This document shows, piece after piece, positions 38,845 to 47,789 of a stretch of 64,000 nucleotides of DNA. Numbering within the stretch: position 1 is the first letter of the stretch; each line of letters starts with the position of its first letter. The notes below the pieces were generated by a model that saw nothing but the letters and a program-made list of their open reading frames with translations, had not been told where the DNA came from and did no database searches. A program made the position numbers and the translations under genes. Source of the stretch: an uncultured Candidatus Kuenenia sp. (GTDB lineage Bacteria > Planctomycetota > Planctomycetia > Pirellulales > UBA1268); contig CAZJHQ010000001.1 of the NCBI GenBank assembly GCA_964545915.1, positions 47,641 through 111,640 of the forward strand, in the 5' to 3' direction.

Positions 38845-39651
38845 CTAGCCCAGCCCCTCCCCGCTCGTATCGCCGTCCTCTACATCGCATTGTGCGATGT
38901 AGTCGTTCATACCTGCCCGCCATTCAGTCCAGTTTTTGGCGCTCTTGGCGAACCGTTCAAGACCGTCGATGGACGCGTCCCTCGCTCGTGCGTCTTGCAA
39001 CAGCGCGAGGGCCACACGTTCGTTACAGTAGGAAAAGCGATTTCGCACAATCCCGCGGATGTAAAAAAGACGCTTGAGTTGCGGATCGTCTTTGTCGGCA
39101 CGCTTGTTGCGACAGATTCCGCTCACCTTCGACCACGCCAACTCAACCGACTCCTTTGTGGGCTCATCACCTTCGAAGACAAGGTATTGATCCGCGGCGC
39201 ATTGCATTGCCGCCAGCACCTCATCAAGCGAGTACTTCTTGGAAAGAGCCTTCATGTCCTGCATGCCTTGACTGTTCAGCGAGTAGCCCGGGACGACTTT
39301 CTGCCAAAACTCAGAGATGCGCAGGGCAACGTCTTCATCCAGTGACGAGAGTTCTCGTTGCCACTGGAACATCAAGTCGATTTGTTCCCTGCGATCCTGT
39401 AACTCTTCGAGTTGACGACGTTGAGCATCTAGTCGCGAGGTATCCGAAAGTCGCCTGTCGGACTTGCCCGCGTTGCAGTCTCGGCATGCAGACACGAGAT
39501 TCAGAAGGTCGTTTGTTCCACCTTGTGAGACAGGCTCAACGTGGTCGACTTCGAGTAAGACGTCGGGGGCTTTGCGACCGCAATACTGGCAGGTGAACGC
39601 ATCCCTTTTGAACACCTCGAAACGAATTGACTTCGAAAGCGCAATCCGCAC
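38845..39651 (-). CDS. HNH endonuclease with uncharacterised C-terminal domain
   Basis: FKRDAFTCQYCGRK...EVDHVEPVSQGGTNDLLNLVSACRDCNAGK. GTG start at 39651. Confidence 0.8.
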   Translation of the reverse strand: MRIALSKSIRFEVFKRDAFTCQYCGRKAPDVLLEVDHVEPVSQGGTNDLLNLVSACRDCNAGKSDRRLSDTSRLDAQRRQLEELQDRREQIDLMFQWQRELSSLDEDVALRISEFWQKVVPGYSLNSQGMQDMKALSKKYSLDEVLAAMQCAADQYLVFEGDEPTKESVELAWSKVSGICRNKRADKDDPQLKRLFYIRGIVRNRFSYCNERVALALLQDARARDASIDGLERFAKSAKNWTEWRAGMNDYIAQCDVEDGDTSGEGLG

Positions 39652-39924
39652 GGCCGACTCCCGTCACTTGGTATCTGCGATAGGCATGCGCATCAAAATG
39701 CGACGCCGCATGTGTTCAAAGGTTATCGCTTCTTGCGAGAGTGGCAATTAGCCACACCAAGTGGCAAATCAGCTCCCCGGCTTCCTTGCGGCCGTCTCGC
39801 CTTGCCGTCTCGCCCCTCTGGCTGCCGGGCGTGTTGTCCCTTCTTCCGGCCCGCTGCGTTGGCGGCCGGTGTCCCTGTGTATTTCCCGTTTCCCATTTCC
39901 CACTTTTCAGGAGATCGAGAACCC

Positions 39925-40224
39925 ATGAGTGACTCTGACCTGTTCGACGCCGTGGCCCAGAAGACCGGCGAGGATTCCCACGAGATTCGGCGCCGCGGCT
40001 TCGTGCTGACCGGCCCCGAAGACTCTGGCTCTGATCTGGAGCCGGAGTGCCTGCTGGACGTGCTGCTGGTCGATCTCCCGGAAACGGGCACGGTCGACTG
40101 GGACGCGGTGCTCGGTGACGGCGGCTTCCGGTCGCCGTTCTACACGCGCGCGCAGCAGGCCCGCCGGAAGGCCAAGGCCGACATGAGGGCCAACACGACG
40201 AAGCAGGCGGCCCGAGCGGCGTGA
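39925..40224 (+). CDS. Hypothetical acidic/basic small protein
   Basis: 99 aa from ATG 39925, preceded by CAGGAG. Confidence 0.45.
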   Translation: MSDSDLFDAVAQKTGEDSHEIRRRGFVLTGPEDSGSDLEPECLLDVLLVDLPETGTVDWDAVLGDGGFRSPFYTRAQQARRKAKADMRANTTKQAARAA

Positions 40225-40425
40225 CCTGCTGACCGGCTCGAAGAAATCCCGCGACCCCAACAAGTGACGGGCGTGGAGTGTGGTGGAGGTGCCCAAGCCT
40301 CCCTGCACCCACGCCCGTCGCTTTTCCGTTCCAGATATCTGAATCACGGGCGCTTCATGGCGGCGGTGCAATCAACGCCGCCGTACCACCGCCCGACCCA
40401 ACCACCCCACAGGAACTTCACCCCC

Positions 40426-41016
40426 ATGTTGAAACTCCATGCAGGCGTCTCGAAGAAGGTCGGCCTGCCGAACTTCTCCAGCGCCTCGGCCTCCTGCACC
40501 ATCGAGGCCGAACTCGACAGCACGCTCCTCAACGACACCGAGGGCTTTCAGATCGTCGTCGCGAGGGCCTACCAGTCGTGCGAGAAGGCTGTGCAGGACC
40601 AGATCGCCCGGCTGACCAGCGACGGCCACGAAGAGCATCCTCAGCCCCAGCCGCAGGAGGTGATCGAGGTGCGCACCAGCCCGGCCATCAGCGGCGCACG
40701 GATCACGACCAACAGTGCCGCGACCAAGGGTGCTGAACTGCTCGCGACCAACCGTGCCGTGTTCCGTGACGCGCCCAGCCCCCGTCCCGCCACGGCTTCG
40801 CAGGTCAAAGCCATCCGGGCCATCGCTGCTCGCCGAAAGATCGACCTCATGGGCCTGCTGCGGGAGCGCTTCGGCCTGACAACGGCGGACGAACTCGGCA
40901 TCCGGCAGGCTTCGGCCTTGATCGACGAGTTGAAATCCGACGAGCCGACCGCCAGCCCCAGTACGAACGGTCACACGAATGGCAACGGGGCCTACGCGGT
41001 TGGAGGTGCCAAATGA
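40426..41016 (+). CDS. Hypothetical protein
   Basis: 196 aa from ATG 40426. ATGA overlap with the downstream nuclease gene. Confidence 0.5.
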   Translation: MLKLHAGVSKKVGLPNFSSASASCTIEAELDSTLLNDTEGFQIVVARAYQSCEKAVQDQIARLTSDGHEEHPQPQPQEVIEVRTSPAISGARITTNSAATKGAELLATNRAVFRDAPSPRPATASQVKAIRAIAARRKIDLMGLLRERFGLTTADELGIRQASALIDELKSDEPTASPSTNGHTNGNGAYAVGGAK

Positions 41017-41882
41017 TCGCCGGAGTAGGAGAAGACCTGCTGCCGGTGCTCACGCCCGAGAAGCCCGCCAGCACGAACCCCGCCAACGAGGTCGCCAAGA
41101 GCCTCACCGGCCGAGACTACGTGAGTTGGTCGGCTCTTTCGACGTTCCGGACCTGCCCGCTGCGATACAAATTCCGGTACGTGGATGGCCTACCCGAGGA
41201 GAGCGTGTCGTCGGCGTTGATCTTTGGCACCGGGATTCACACGGCCGTCGAGCAGCACTTCCAGTCGATCCTGTCCGGTGAAGAGCAACCCGACATCGAG
41301 CGGCTCATGTTCGCGTATCGGGCGTCGTGGTTGGGCCATGACCCAGACGCGATCCAGTTTGGCGGCACGGAGACTCGGGCCTCGCTGGATGCTCTGGCCG
41401 CGCGGATGCTCACGGCGTTCTTGGGTAGCCCTGCGGCGAGCGTTCGGGGGCGGGTCTTGGGCGTCGAGGAGGCGGTTCGTGGGCTGCTGGCCGAGGGCGT
41501 GCCGGACCTGTATGGTCGCGTGGACCTGCTCACGGAAGACGCCGACACGCTGGTGGTGACCGACATCAAGACCTCACGTGGAAGATGGAGCCCGGAGCAG
41601 GTCGAGGACAGCGGCGAGCAACTCCTGCTGTACTCGCACCTCGCCTCAGAGATCGCGCCCAAGAAGCGGGTGCAGACGCGATTCCTGATCATCACGAAGA
41701 CCCGAGAGCCGGTCATCGAGGAGCACGTTCGCGAGGTCAATCCAGCCGCCGTGAAACGCACCTTGGCAGGCGTGGAGCGGGTCTGGCGGGCGATTCAATC
41801 AGGCGTGTTCTATCCGGCGCCGAGCACGATGAACTGCTCGTCATGCGGCTATCGGGCTGCGTGTCGGACGTGGACTGGCTGA
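41013..41882 (+). CDS. PD-(D/E)XK nuclease, RecB/Cas4-like with 4-Cys cluster
   Basis: N-terminal Cys (FRTCPLRY), D...DIK core (VDLLTED...VVTDIKTS), QLLLY, and C-terminal CSSCGYRAAC (CX2CX5C). Confidence 0.8.
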   Translation: MIAGVGEDLLPVLTPEKPASTNPANEVAKSLTGRDYVSWSALSTFRTCPLRYKFRYVDGLPEESVSSALIFGTGIHTAVEQHFQSILSGEEQPDIERLMFAYRASWLGHDPDAIQFGGTETRASLDALAARMLTAFLGSPAASVRGRVLGVEEAVRGLLAEGVPDLYGRVDLLTEDADTLVVTDIKTSRGRWSPEQVEDSGEQLLLYSHLASEIAPKKRVQTRFLIITKTREPVIEEHVREVNPAAVKRTLAGVERVWRAIQSGVFYPAPSTMNCSSCGYRAACRTWTG

Positions 41883-41991
41883 CGCTGGGAGAAATAGGCG
41901 GCATGGGGAAACCTGTGCCGCTTTTTCTTAGATGTCAGGCCATTACTCACCACCTCTGAAAGTGCCTGCGCGTTCGTCGGCGTGAGTCCTC

Positions 41992-43308
41992 CTATGCGCG
42001 CTGCAGCGTTGTCGGCAGATCACTTTTGCCTGAATTGCATATGTTGCAAAGCGTCTGGAGATTGTCCAACTCGTTTGTTCCTCCGCTGGCAACCGCGGTG
42101 CGATGATCCACTTCAAGCGTTATCCCATCGCGAGCCGTGCGTCCACACATCACGCAGCGATGTTGATCACGCTCAAGCACGAGGAATCGTACGCGATTCG
42201 GAAGTGGCGCCCGATAGCCACGCGCAACAGCGTCGGCAGGGGGAATGTCTGATTGCACCTCAGGCCCAAGGTAATCAGTTGGCACATCAGTCAGTTCGCG
42301 AGGCATGACGATACACCCATCACGGAGGACGAGTTTTTTCTCTTGGCGACCCTTGCCGACATGATAGAGCGCGAGGTGTGGCCTTCGGTAATGCGGTGAA
42401 CGCCCTTCCTCTTCATACACTTCCTGCAATCGTCTTCCGAGACAGAAGCCTTTTCGGCCTCGCTTAATCGCACGCTGAATCGCCCAATCAGCAGGATTAA
42501 GTGGATTCGTTCGATGCTCATCTTCCTTCAAGATAATTGGGCTGATTAGGTCGGAGCCGTCAGCCAACAGCGCTAGAATAAGTACCGCGCGTACAGAGAA
42601 GACAAGAGCATCAACCGCAAGTTTCCGTTCTGCTTCCGTATACTCCCAAGACGTTGTACCCGATCGCGGATTGGTGATTCGCTCACCGATCGCGTTGACA
42701 TCGTCTTCGAGCGTCTTTGACTGTTCAGCGTTCGAGCATACGAACAGAAAATTAAGCATACCGACACAGCGAGGGTCGGGCTTGTCCGGGGCACCCATCG
42801 CCGCCTTTTCTACAGCCGGAATAAACGCTGTTTGCACGATAATCGCAATGTACTTGTCTATGCGCCGTGCCAACACGGAACGGATGCCGAATGGCTCGTT
42901 GCCGACAGGAAAGCACATGCAGATGACCTCGGTGGGGAAATCGAGATCATTCGCTACGTGTGCATCTAACTTTGTCGACTCTATCAGCGGCAGAAGCACC
43001 GGATAGACGTTGTAGAAGGGCCGTTCGTCGATGAACCAGTTGCGCTCTGCTTCCAGTTGAGTGACAGTTGTTCCCTCAACAGGCACACGGCCACTGTTGA
43101 CGCTCTCCGCGCCTAGTCTGATGTGATCAAGCAGCCATTCCGTATTAGGACGGTCGAACTCATTTGCCAGAGCAATCAGTTCGCGTGAGTATGTCTCACG
43201 GCTTATCTCGCCACGATCTGCAATGGCCTTCAGGCTAGCACGGTGGATCAGTTCCATCTGGTGCTTGGTGGGACTGTATTGATGAAACACGACCTTCATG
43301 TGAGCCAT
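41992..43308 (-). CDS. Large protein with unknown N-terminal domain and C-terminal HNH endonuclease
   Basis: C-terminus is LERDQHRCVMCGRT...EVDHRTAVASGGTNELDNLQTLCNICNSGK. The first ~350 aa are unassigned. Markedly AT-richer by eye. Confidence 0.75.
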   Translation of the reverse strand: MAHMKVVFHQYSPTKHQMELIHRASLKAIADRGEISRETYSRELIALANEFDRPNTEWLLDHIRLGAESVNSGRVPVEGTTVTQLEAERNWFIDERPFYNVYPVLLPLIESTKLDAHVANDLDFPTEVICMCFPVGNEPFGIRSVLARRIDKYIAIIVQTAFIPAVEKAAMGAPDKPDPRCVGMLNFLFVCSNAEQSKTLEDDVNAIGERITNPRSGTTSWEYTEAERKLAVDALVFSVRAVLILALLADGSDLISPIILKEDEHRTNPLNPADWAIQRAIKRGRKGFCLGRRLQEVYEEEGRSPHYRRPHLALYHVGKGRQEKKLVLRDGCIVMPRELTDVPTDYLGPEVQSDIPPADAVARGYRAPLPNRVRFLVLERDQHRCVMCGRTARDGITLEVDHRTAVASGGTNELDNLQTLCNICNSGKSDLPTTLQRA

Positions 43309-43496
43309 CCGGCTGGGGTGGTGAAGACGCTGGCGGGAAAGTCCGTATGGTAGTGCCTGCGTGCGCGGGTCGACAGAGTCGATGCGTCGCAGGCCCTTGG
43401 CCCCCTGATACCTAGGAAAACGCGCAGCGGCCCGGAGCGTGAACCCCCGGGCATGCGCGTCTCGGTGAAGTGGGCAGGGAGCAAGCCCCGCGGAGT

Positions 43497-43970
43497 TCAC
43501 AGCCGGAACCACTGCTGCAGCCCGGGCAGGCCGATCAGGGTGCTGCCGTCGTTGAGCCGGGCCGTGGAGTAGAAGAACCCGGGCCGAGTCTCTTCGACGA
43601 GCCAACCCGATGTGTAGCCCGCGTAGGCCAGCCCGTGCTGCAGCCACGTCGCGTCTTCACGCTTCGCGATGCTCTCGTACGTGACTTGCTGCGGAGCCGG
43701 CCTGACCAGCGCCACGCACGTCGCCGCGCCGAAGAACACGACCGCATGCGCCGCCACCCCCAGCGCCAGCCGCCGTGCCCACCCGATAGCCCGAGGCCGT
43801 ACGTACCCCGTGGCCGCCTCCAAGCCGGCAGCGACCTTCTGCTTCATCGCAGGAACATGCGGCCGGACCTTGCCTTCGGCCTTTGAGACCAGCCCGTCGA
43901 GCAGGCCGTGAAGCCAGTACGCACACCCCACGAGCGCCATCACGACAGCGAGACCAATCAGCGTAGCCAT
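43497..43970 (-). CDS. Membrane protein, hypothetical
   Basis: 157 aa from ATG 43970. Two hydrophobic helices (LIGLAVVMALVGCAYW; GVAAHAVVFFGAATCVALV). Confidence 0.5.
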   Translation of the reverse strand: MATLIGLAVVMALVGCAYWLHGLLDGLVSKAEGKVRPHVPAMKQKVAAGLEAATGYVRPRAIGWARRLALGVAAHAVVFFGAATCVALVRPAPQQVTYESIAKREDATWLQHGLAYAGYTSGWLVEETRPGFFYSTARLNDGSTLIGLPGLQQWFRL

Positions 43971-44198
43971 GGAAATACCCACCTTTCCTGAACATGAAGA
44001 ACCCCTGACCGCCAGAAGAAAAGCCGGGCGGCCTGTCGGCAGGTGGACCCAACTACGGGCCACCCATTGAGCACACCCCGGCCTGTTGAGGGCTAGGACT
44101 GGCTCATGGGATATGCCGGGGTTTGGGGGCGGGTTTAGCGATTGGCTGACCTTGGGGCCGCGCAGAGCGTCACCAAGGATCATTCGCTGGTCTGCTGG

Positions 44199-45116
44199 TC
44201 AGCGCGGCGGCGTAAAAGTCGCGATGATCGGCCTGTGATCGCTGGTCCTGTCGGTGTCTGGAAAGTCTCCCTCGCGTACAACCACGTCTGATTCGCCCTT
44301 CCAGTTCTTGGCCTGATTGGCAACGAACACGAAGTCCAGAATCGAGTCCGGATACTTGTCGTGGCCCGGGTTGTTGCGATCATCGGCCCAGTTGGAGTCC
44401 ACAAGGGGGTCCGGCTTGAGCCACTGCCATACCCCGCCCTCGATCATGGCGTCGTAGGCTGAGTTTCCCTTCTGGGTCTTGAAGTCGTAGTCAAAATTGA
44501 AGTCCCCCGCGGCTATGACCGGCTCGTTGGGGTGATCTTCGGCCCACTTCTTGAGGGCCTTGGCCTGCTCGGTTCGGAGGTCGTTTTCGCCGCGGGCCAG
44601 ATGGTTCACGATCAGCCAGAAGGTCGCGCCCGTGGTCTTGTCCCGGAGTTTCGCAACGAGCGGCGAGCGTGCCCGAACAGCCCCGTAGTCAGCCGAGTCG
44701 TTTTCCATGTTGTTGAAGTTGGCCCGAATTCCCGCGTACCGATGGAGTTCGAACACGTCTTGGATGGCGAATCGCTTGGCATCCACGACCAGCAGGAGCG
44801 AGTCTGAATCCCTGAATCCCCCGCTGGCCGATGTCACGAAATCTACCTCCGTGTCCAAGCCCATTTGGACAGCCTGCTTGTAGATCGGCATGGTCTTCGG
44901 CTCGACCTCGGAGAGCGCGACGATCTGGGCGCGCGTGGCTTGGGCGCTGAGCATGCCGGCCAACTGCTCGCTGATGACGCCCGGATCACTGACCTGCTCT
45001 GCGCCCGGCCTGTTGCTCTCGACGTTCCATGCCAGAATCCGGAACTCGTCGGCGCTGGCACTCGAAAGCGGGCCAGCGAGCAAGACGGCAAGGGCCACGG
45101 CGGCAAATCTGGGCAT
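44199..45116 (-). CDS. Secreted endonuclease/exonuclease/phosphatase (EEP) family protein
   Basis: Signal peptide MPRFAAVALAVLLAGPLSSASA, then FRILAWNVES. C-terminal SDHRPI motif. Confidence 0.8.
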   Translation of the reverse strand: MPRFAAVALAVLLAGPLSSASADEFRILAWNVESNRPGAEQVSDPGVISEQLAGMLSAQATRAQIVALSEVEPKTMPIYKQAVQMGLDTEVDFVTSASGGFRDSDSLLLVVDAKRFAIQDVFELHRYAGIRANFNNMENDSADYGAVRARSPLVAKLRDKTTGATFWLIVNHLARGENDLRTEQAKALKKWAEDHPNEPVIAAGDFNFDYDFKTQKGNSAYDAMIEGGVWQWLKPDPLVDSNWADDRNNPGHDKYPDSILDFVFVANQAKNWKGESDVVVREGDFPDTDRTSDHRPIIATFTPPR

Positions 45117-45218
45117 GGGTAACGCTCTCCAGATTGTGAAAACTTGAGGCGCCAAAGATATCAAGTAGAGAAAGCCCTCGACGCAGATCGCCACGCGGCC
45201 CCAAGCAGGCCCAGCCGC

Positions 45219-45362
45219 TCACTTCTTGGCGTCGGGCTTCTTCACGGGCTGCTCTGCCACCGGGACCACGACCAACGCGCCCCGGAGCCGCATCACCAAG
45301 AGTTCGTCCCGGATGGCGAGTCTCCGGACGTCTTTGAGCAGGTTCTTGTTCGCGATGACCAT
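45219..45362 (-). CDS. Possible 47-aa small protein upstream of the EEP gene
   Basis: My own translation is MVIANKNLLKDVRRLAIRDELLVMRLRGALVVVPVAEQPVKKPDAKK, with GC-rich third positions. It is below the track cut-off and no family was recognised. Confidence 0.3.
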   Translation of the reverse strand: MVIANKNLLKDVRRLAIRDELLVMRLRGALVVVPVAEQPVKKPDAKK

Positions 45363-46561
45363 GGTTACGGCCCTTTCGTGCGAGAAAACCGGGCCTCGAC
45401 CTGCTGGAGGTATTTACGGCTCGACTCAACTCTAGTTCGTGAAATTCAGCCCGGGTTTTCTGGACAAAACCGCTGCGTTCGGCCCATCAGCGCTACTTTG
45501 AGCCGCGTGTTTTTCGCCCACGGAAATCGCGACCAGCACGTGACCAAACCACGGACAGAGCAGAGCAGCGACCAGACTCACGCGCGGGTGTTGCTCAATA
45601 ATGCTGGTTTTTGGGGCCAGCGTGCGCGTTCGTGAGGCCCAGTTTGCCGCCAGCCGGGTTTTCAGGGGATTTTAAAAACCAGCCGCGCAAAAAGCCCCGG
45701 TTTTCAGCACTGAGTTCGAGCAAAGAAGCGCGTAAACAAGCCGGCCGAGACCAGAACAAGCGGCAGATAAAGATATCTTGGTCGGCTGGGGCGCGTTGAA
45801 AGGGCCGGTTTGGGTGTCACTGTGAGGGAGTACGGAAAATCCAGTTGTTCACATAGCCCCACTGAGTGCTGGATTCCCGGGTTTTGTGCGCCTTGGTGCT
45901 GGTCACGAAACAAGGTCGGCCAGCAGTGAGTTCTATTGGCGAGCGAGCCTGTGCGAGCCAGCCAGTCACCCAACCAGCCAACCAGCCAACTCACTGCCAT
46001 GCTCGCCGAAACACTCGCAGACACGGGGAAGGCGAGCCGGGCTGTTGGCTGCGCATGAAAACGCTCGCTGAGGCCCCGGGCGTGTGTTCTTAGGCCGGGG
46101 TTGTTGTGAGGGGTAGTTGGGTTGGTCGGGAGTCGAAACGGGCGCTGGGGAAGAATCTCGGCGCCTGTGGGTCGGTGGGTGAAGTGCGGGGGTTGGCCGT
46201 GACTGGCTGGTTGGTCGGCTGGTTGGTTGTGTCGCGGCTGAATGGGGTTGAACCGCACCACGACCTCCCCTGCCCAACCTCAAAATCTGGCGCTGGGGTT
46301 TTTGCAGGTCTGGTGAAAGGCAGTCTGGGTCTGCCTTCACCGACGCTTTTCAGCAGAGGAGTTTCTTCTTAGCGAATGCTCTTCCCTACGAAGTAGGAAG
46401 TAGTTCGGTCAAAGTTGACATTTTGAGCGTTTTTTCGTCGCAACCCCATGTGCGGCCGAGACTTGCGACACGAAAAAATCTGCGTCGTTTTCATAAATAC
46501 AGCGGTTTTTCTCGGGAAATACGCAGGTCCGCAGGGCCTTGCGCGCAGCAAAAAACGCGCT

Positions 46562-47032
46562 ATGCTCAGGGCTGCCATGGAACATGCTCCAGTCATCGCG
46601 TGCCGCATGAAACTGGCCTCCGCGGGCAGCGCTGAACGCCTTCGCCCGTTGGCATTTCGGCGCAGTTTCGTGGCCGATCCAGCGTTTGGTACCTTCCGGC
46701 GGGTTCTGGCCCACTTCCGAGGGTTATGTCCGGCGCCGAGGCCCGTGGTTGTCAGGTCGAGTTGGCTGCCTGACGGGACCCTCGGGGAGTGCGTCAGGCG
46801 GCCCGAGAAGTTCGTGATTCGACTGAGCGACGAGTTGAATGAGCACATGGCGATCGAGACCCTTTGCCACGAGTGGGCGCATGCCTTGGCTTGGAATTAC
46901 GCTCTTGAGGCCATCGGTAGGCAGCCGAATCCCGACCCAGACCAGTTCGAAGCCGAGGCCCATGGCGAGGCGTGGGGTTGTGCGTATTCCCGGGTGTGGC
47001 GGGCGTACCTGAGTGTTCCCGGGGCAGCGTAG
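46562..47032 (+). CDS. Putative zinc metallopeptidase (HExxH; SprT/ImmA-like)
   Basis: ETLCHEWAHAL motif with downstream AHGEAWG. Start is uncertain (ORF opens at 46448). Confidence 0.5.
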   Translation: MLRAAMEHAPVIACRMKLASAGSAERLRPLAFRRSFVADPAFGTFRRVLAHFRGLCPAPRPVVVRSSWLPDGTLGECVRRPEKFVIRLSDELNEHMAIETLCHEWAHALAWNYALEAIGRQPNPDPDQFEAEAHGEAWGCAYSRVWRAYLSVPGAA

Positions 47033-47046
47033 GGCGAGACACCACG

Positions 47047-47778
47047 ATGGAAGGCGAATCGCGAATAGCGCCGGTGCTGGGCCATCTCGCGTGGCTGGCC
47101 GAGCGCATCGACGACGACATCAACCGAGGCCGGGCGCATGACGCGGCGCTGTTGACCTACAACGCCGCGGTGATGCTCCAGTGGCGGTTCACGGCCCCGG
47201 TGAGTTACGCCGACACGATTCAAGACCCAGCATTGCGTAGCGAGGCCGCCGAACTGATCAACGACTTCGTGAACACCTCCCGGAGAATGGTCGTCCGCGC
47301 TAAACAAGACCCAGCAGCCGCGGAGGACGAGACAGTTCGAAAGCAACTCACGAAGAAGATCAACAAGGTCACGAAAAACCTACCGCGGTTGCTGCTCGCA
47401 TCGAATCCTGTTCCTGAGCGCAGGCCCGAGTTTGAGGAGGCGGCCAACCTGCGGCAACTCATGGCTGAATTCCTGACGGCCCATAAAGACCAATATTCAG
47501 CGGCAATTGCCAAGGGTAAGGCCCTCGGGGCGAAAGGCGGGACAGGACCAGAAGCCGCGCTGAATGAGGCGTTGGCGGCTGTGATCTATTCGCAAGACGC
47601 CGCAGAAACTGGGTCGATGCTCCCCGAACTCCAGAGCGGACTGTCGCGGATCGCAGCCGGGTTCTTCAAGACGGCTGTGGACATGCAGCCGGACGACATG
47701 CCGCCTGAGGAGAAGAGGCTGTGGCGGCGATTGGCTGATTCGCTGGTCGCAGAGGCGGGGGAAATCACTAACACCTAG
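47047..47778 (+). CDS. Hypothetical helical protein
   Basis: 243 aa from ATG 47047. No motif recognised. Confidence 0.5.
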   Translation: MEGESRIAPVLGHLAWLAERIDDDINRGRAHDAALLTYNAAVMLQWRFTAPVSYADTIQDPALRSEAAELINDFVNTSRRMVVRAKQDPAAAEDETVRKQLTKKINKVTKNLPRLLLASNPVPERRPEFEEAANLRQLMAEFLTAHKDQYSAAIAKGKALGAKGGTGPEAALNEALAAVIYSQDAAETGSMLPELQSGLSRIAAGFFKTAVDMQPDDMPPEEKRLWRRLADSLVAEAGEITNT

Positions 47779-47789
47779 CCCATGCAGCG

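Noticed and set aside
45966-46340. ORFs across the non-coding region (for example 45704-46261 and 45966-46340, minus).
   Set aside because: The translations are dominated by the CCAACCAGCC repeat (PTSQP/QPANQP runs) and Pro/Thr/Arg-rich strings, with no start context or motif. Treated as non-coding.
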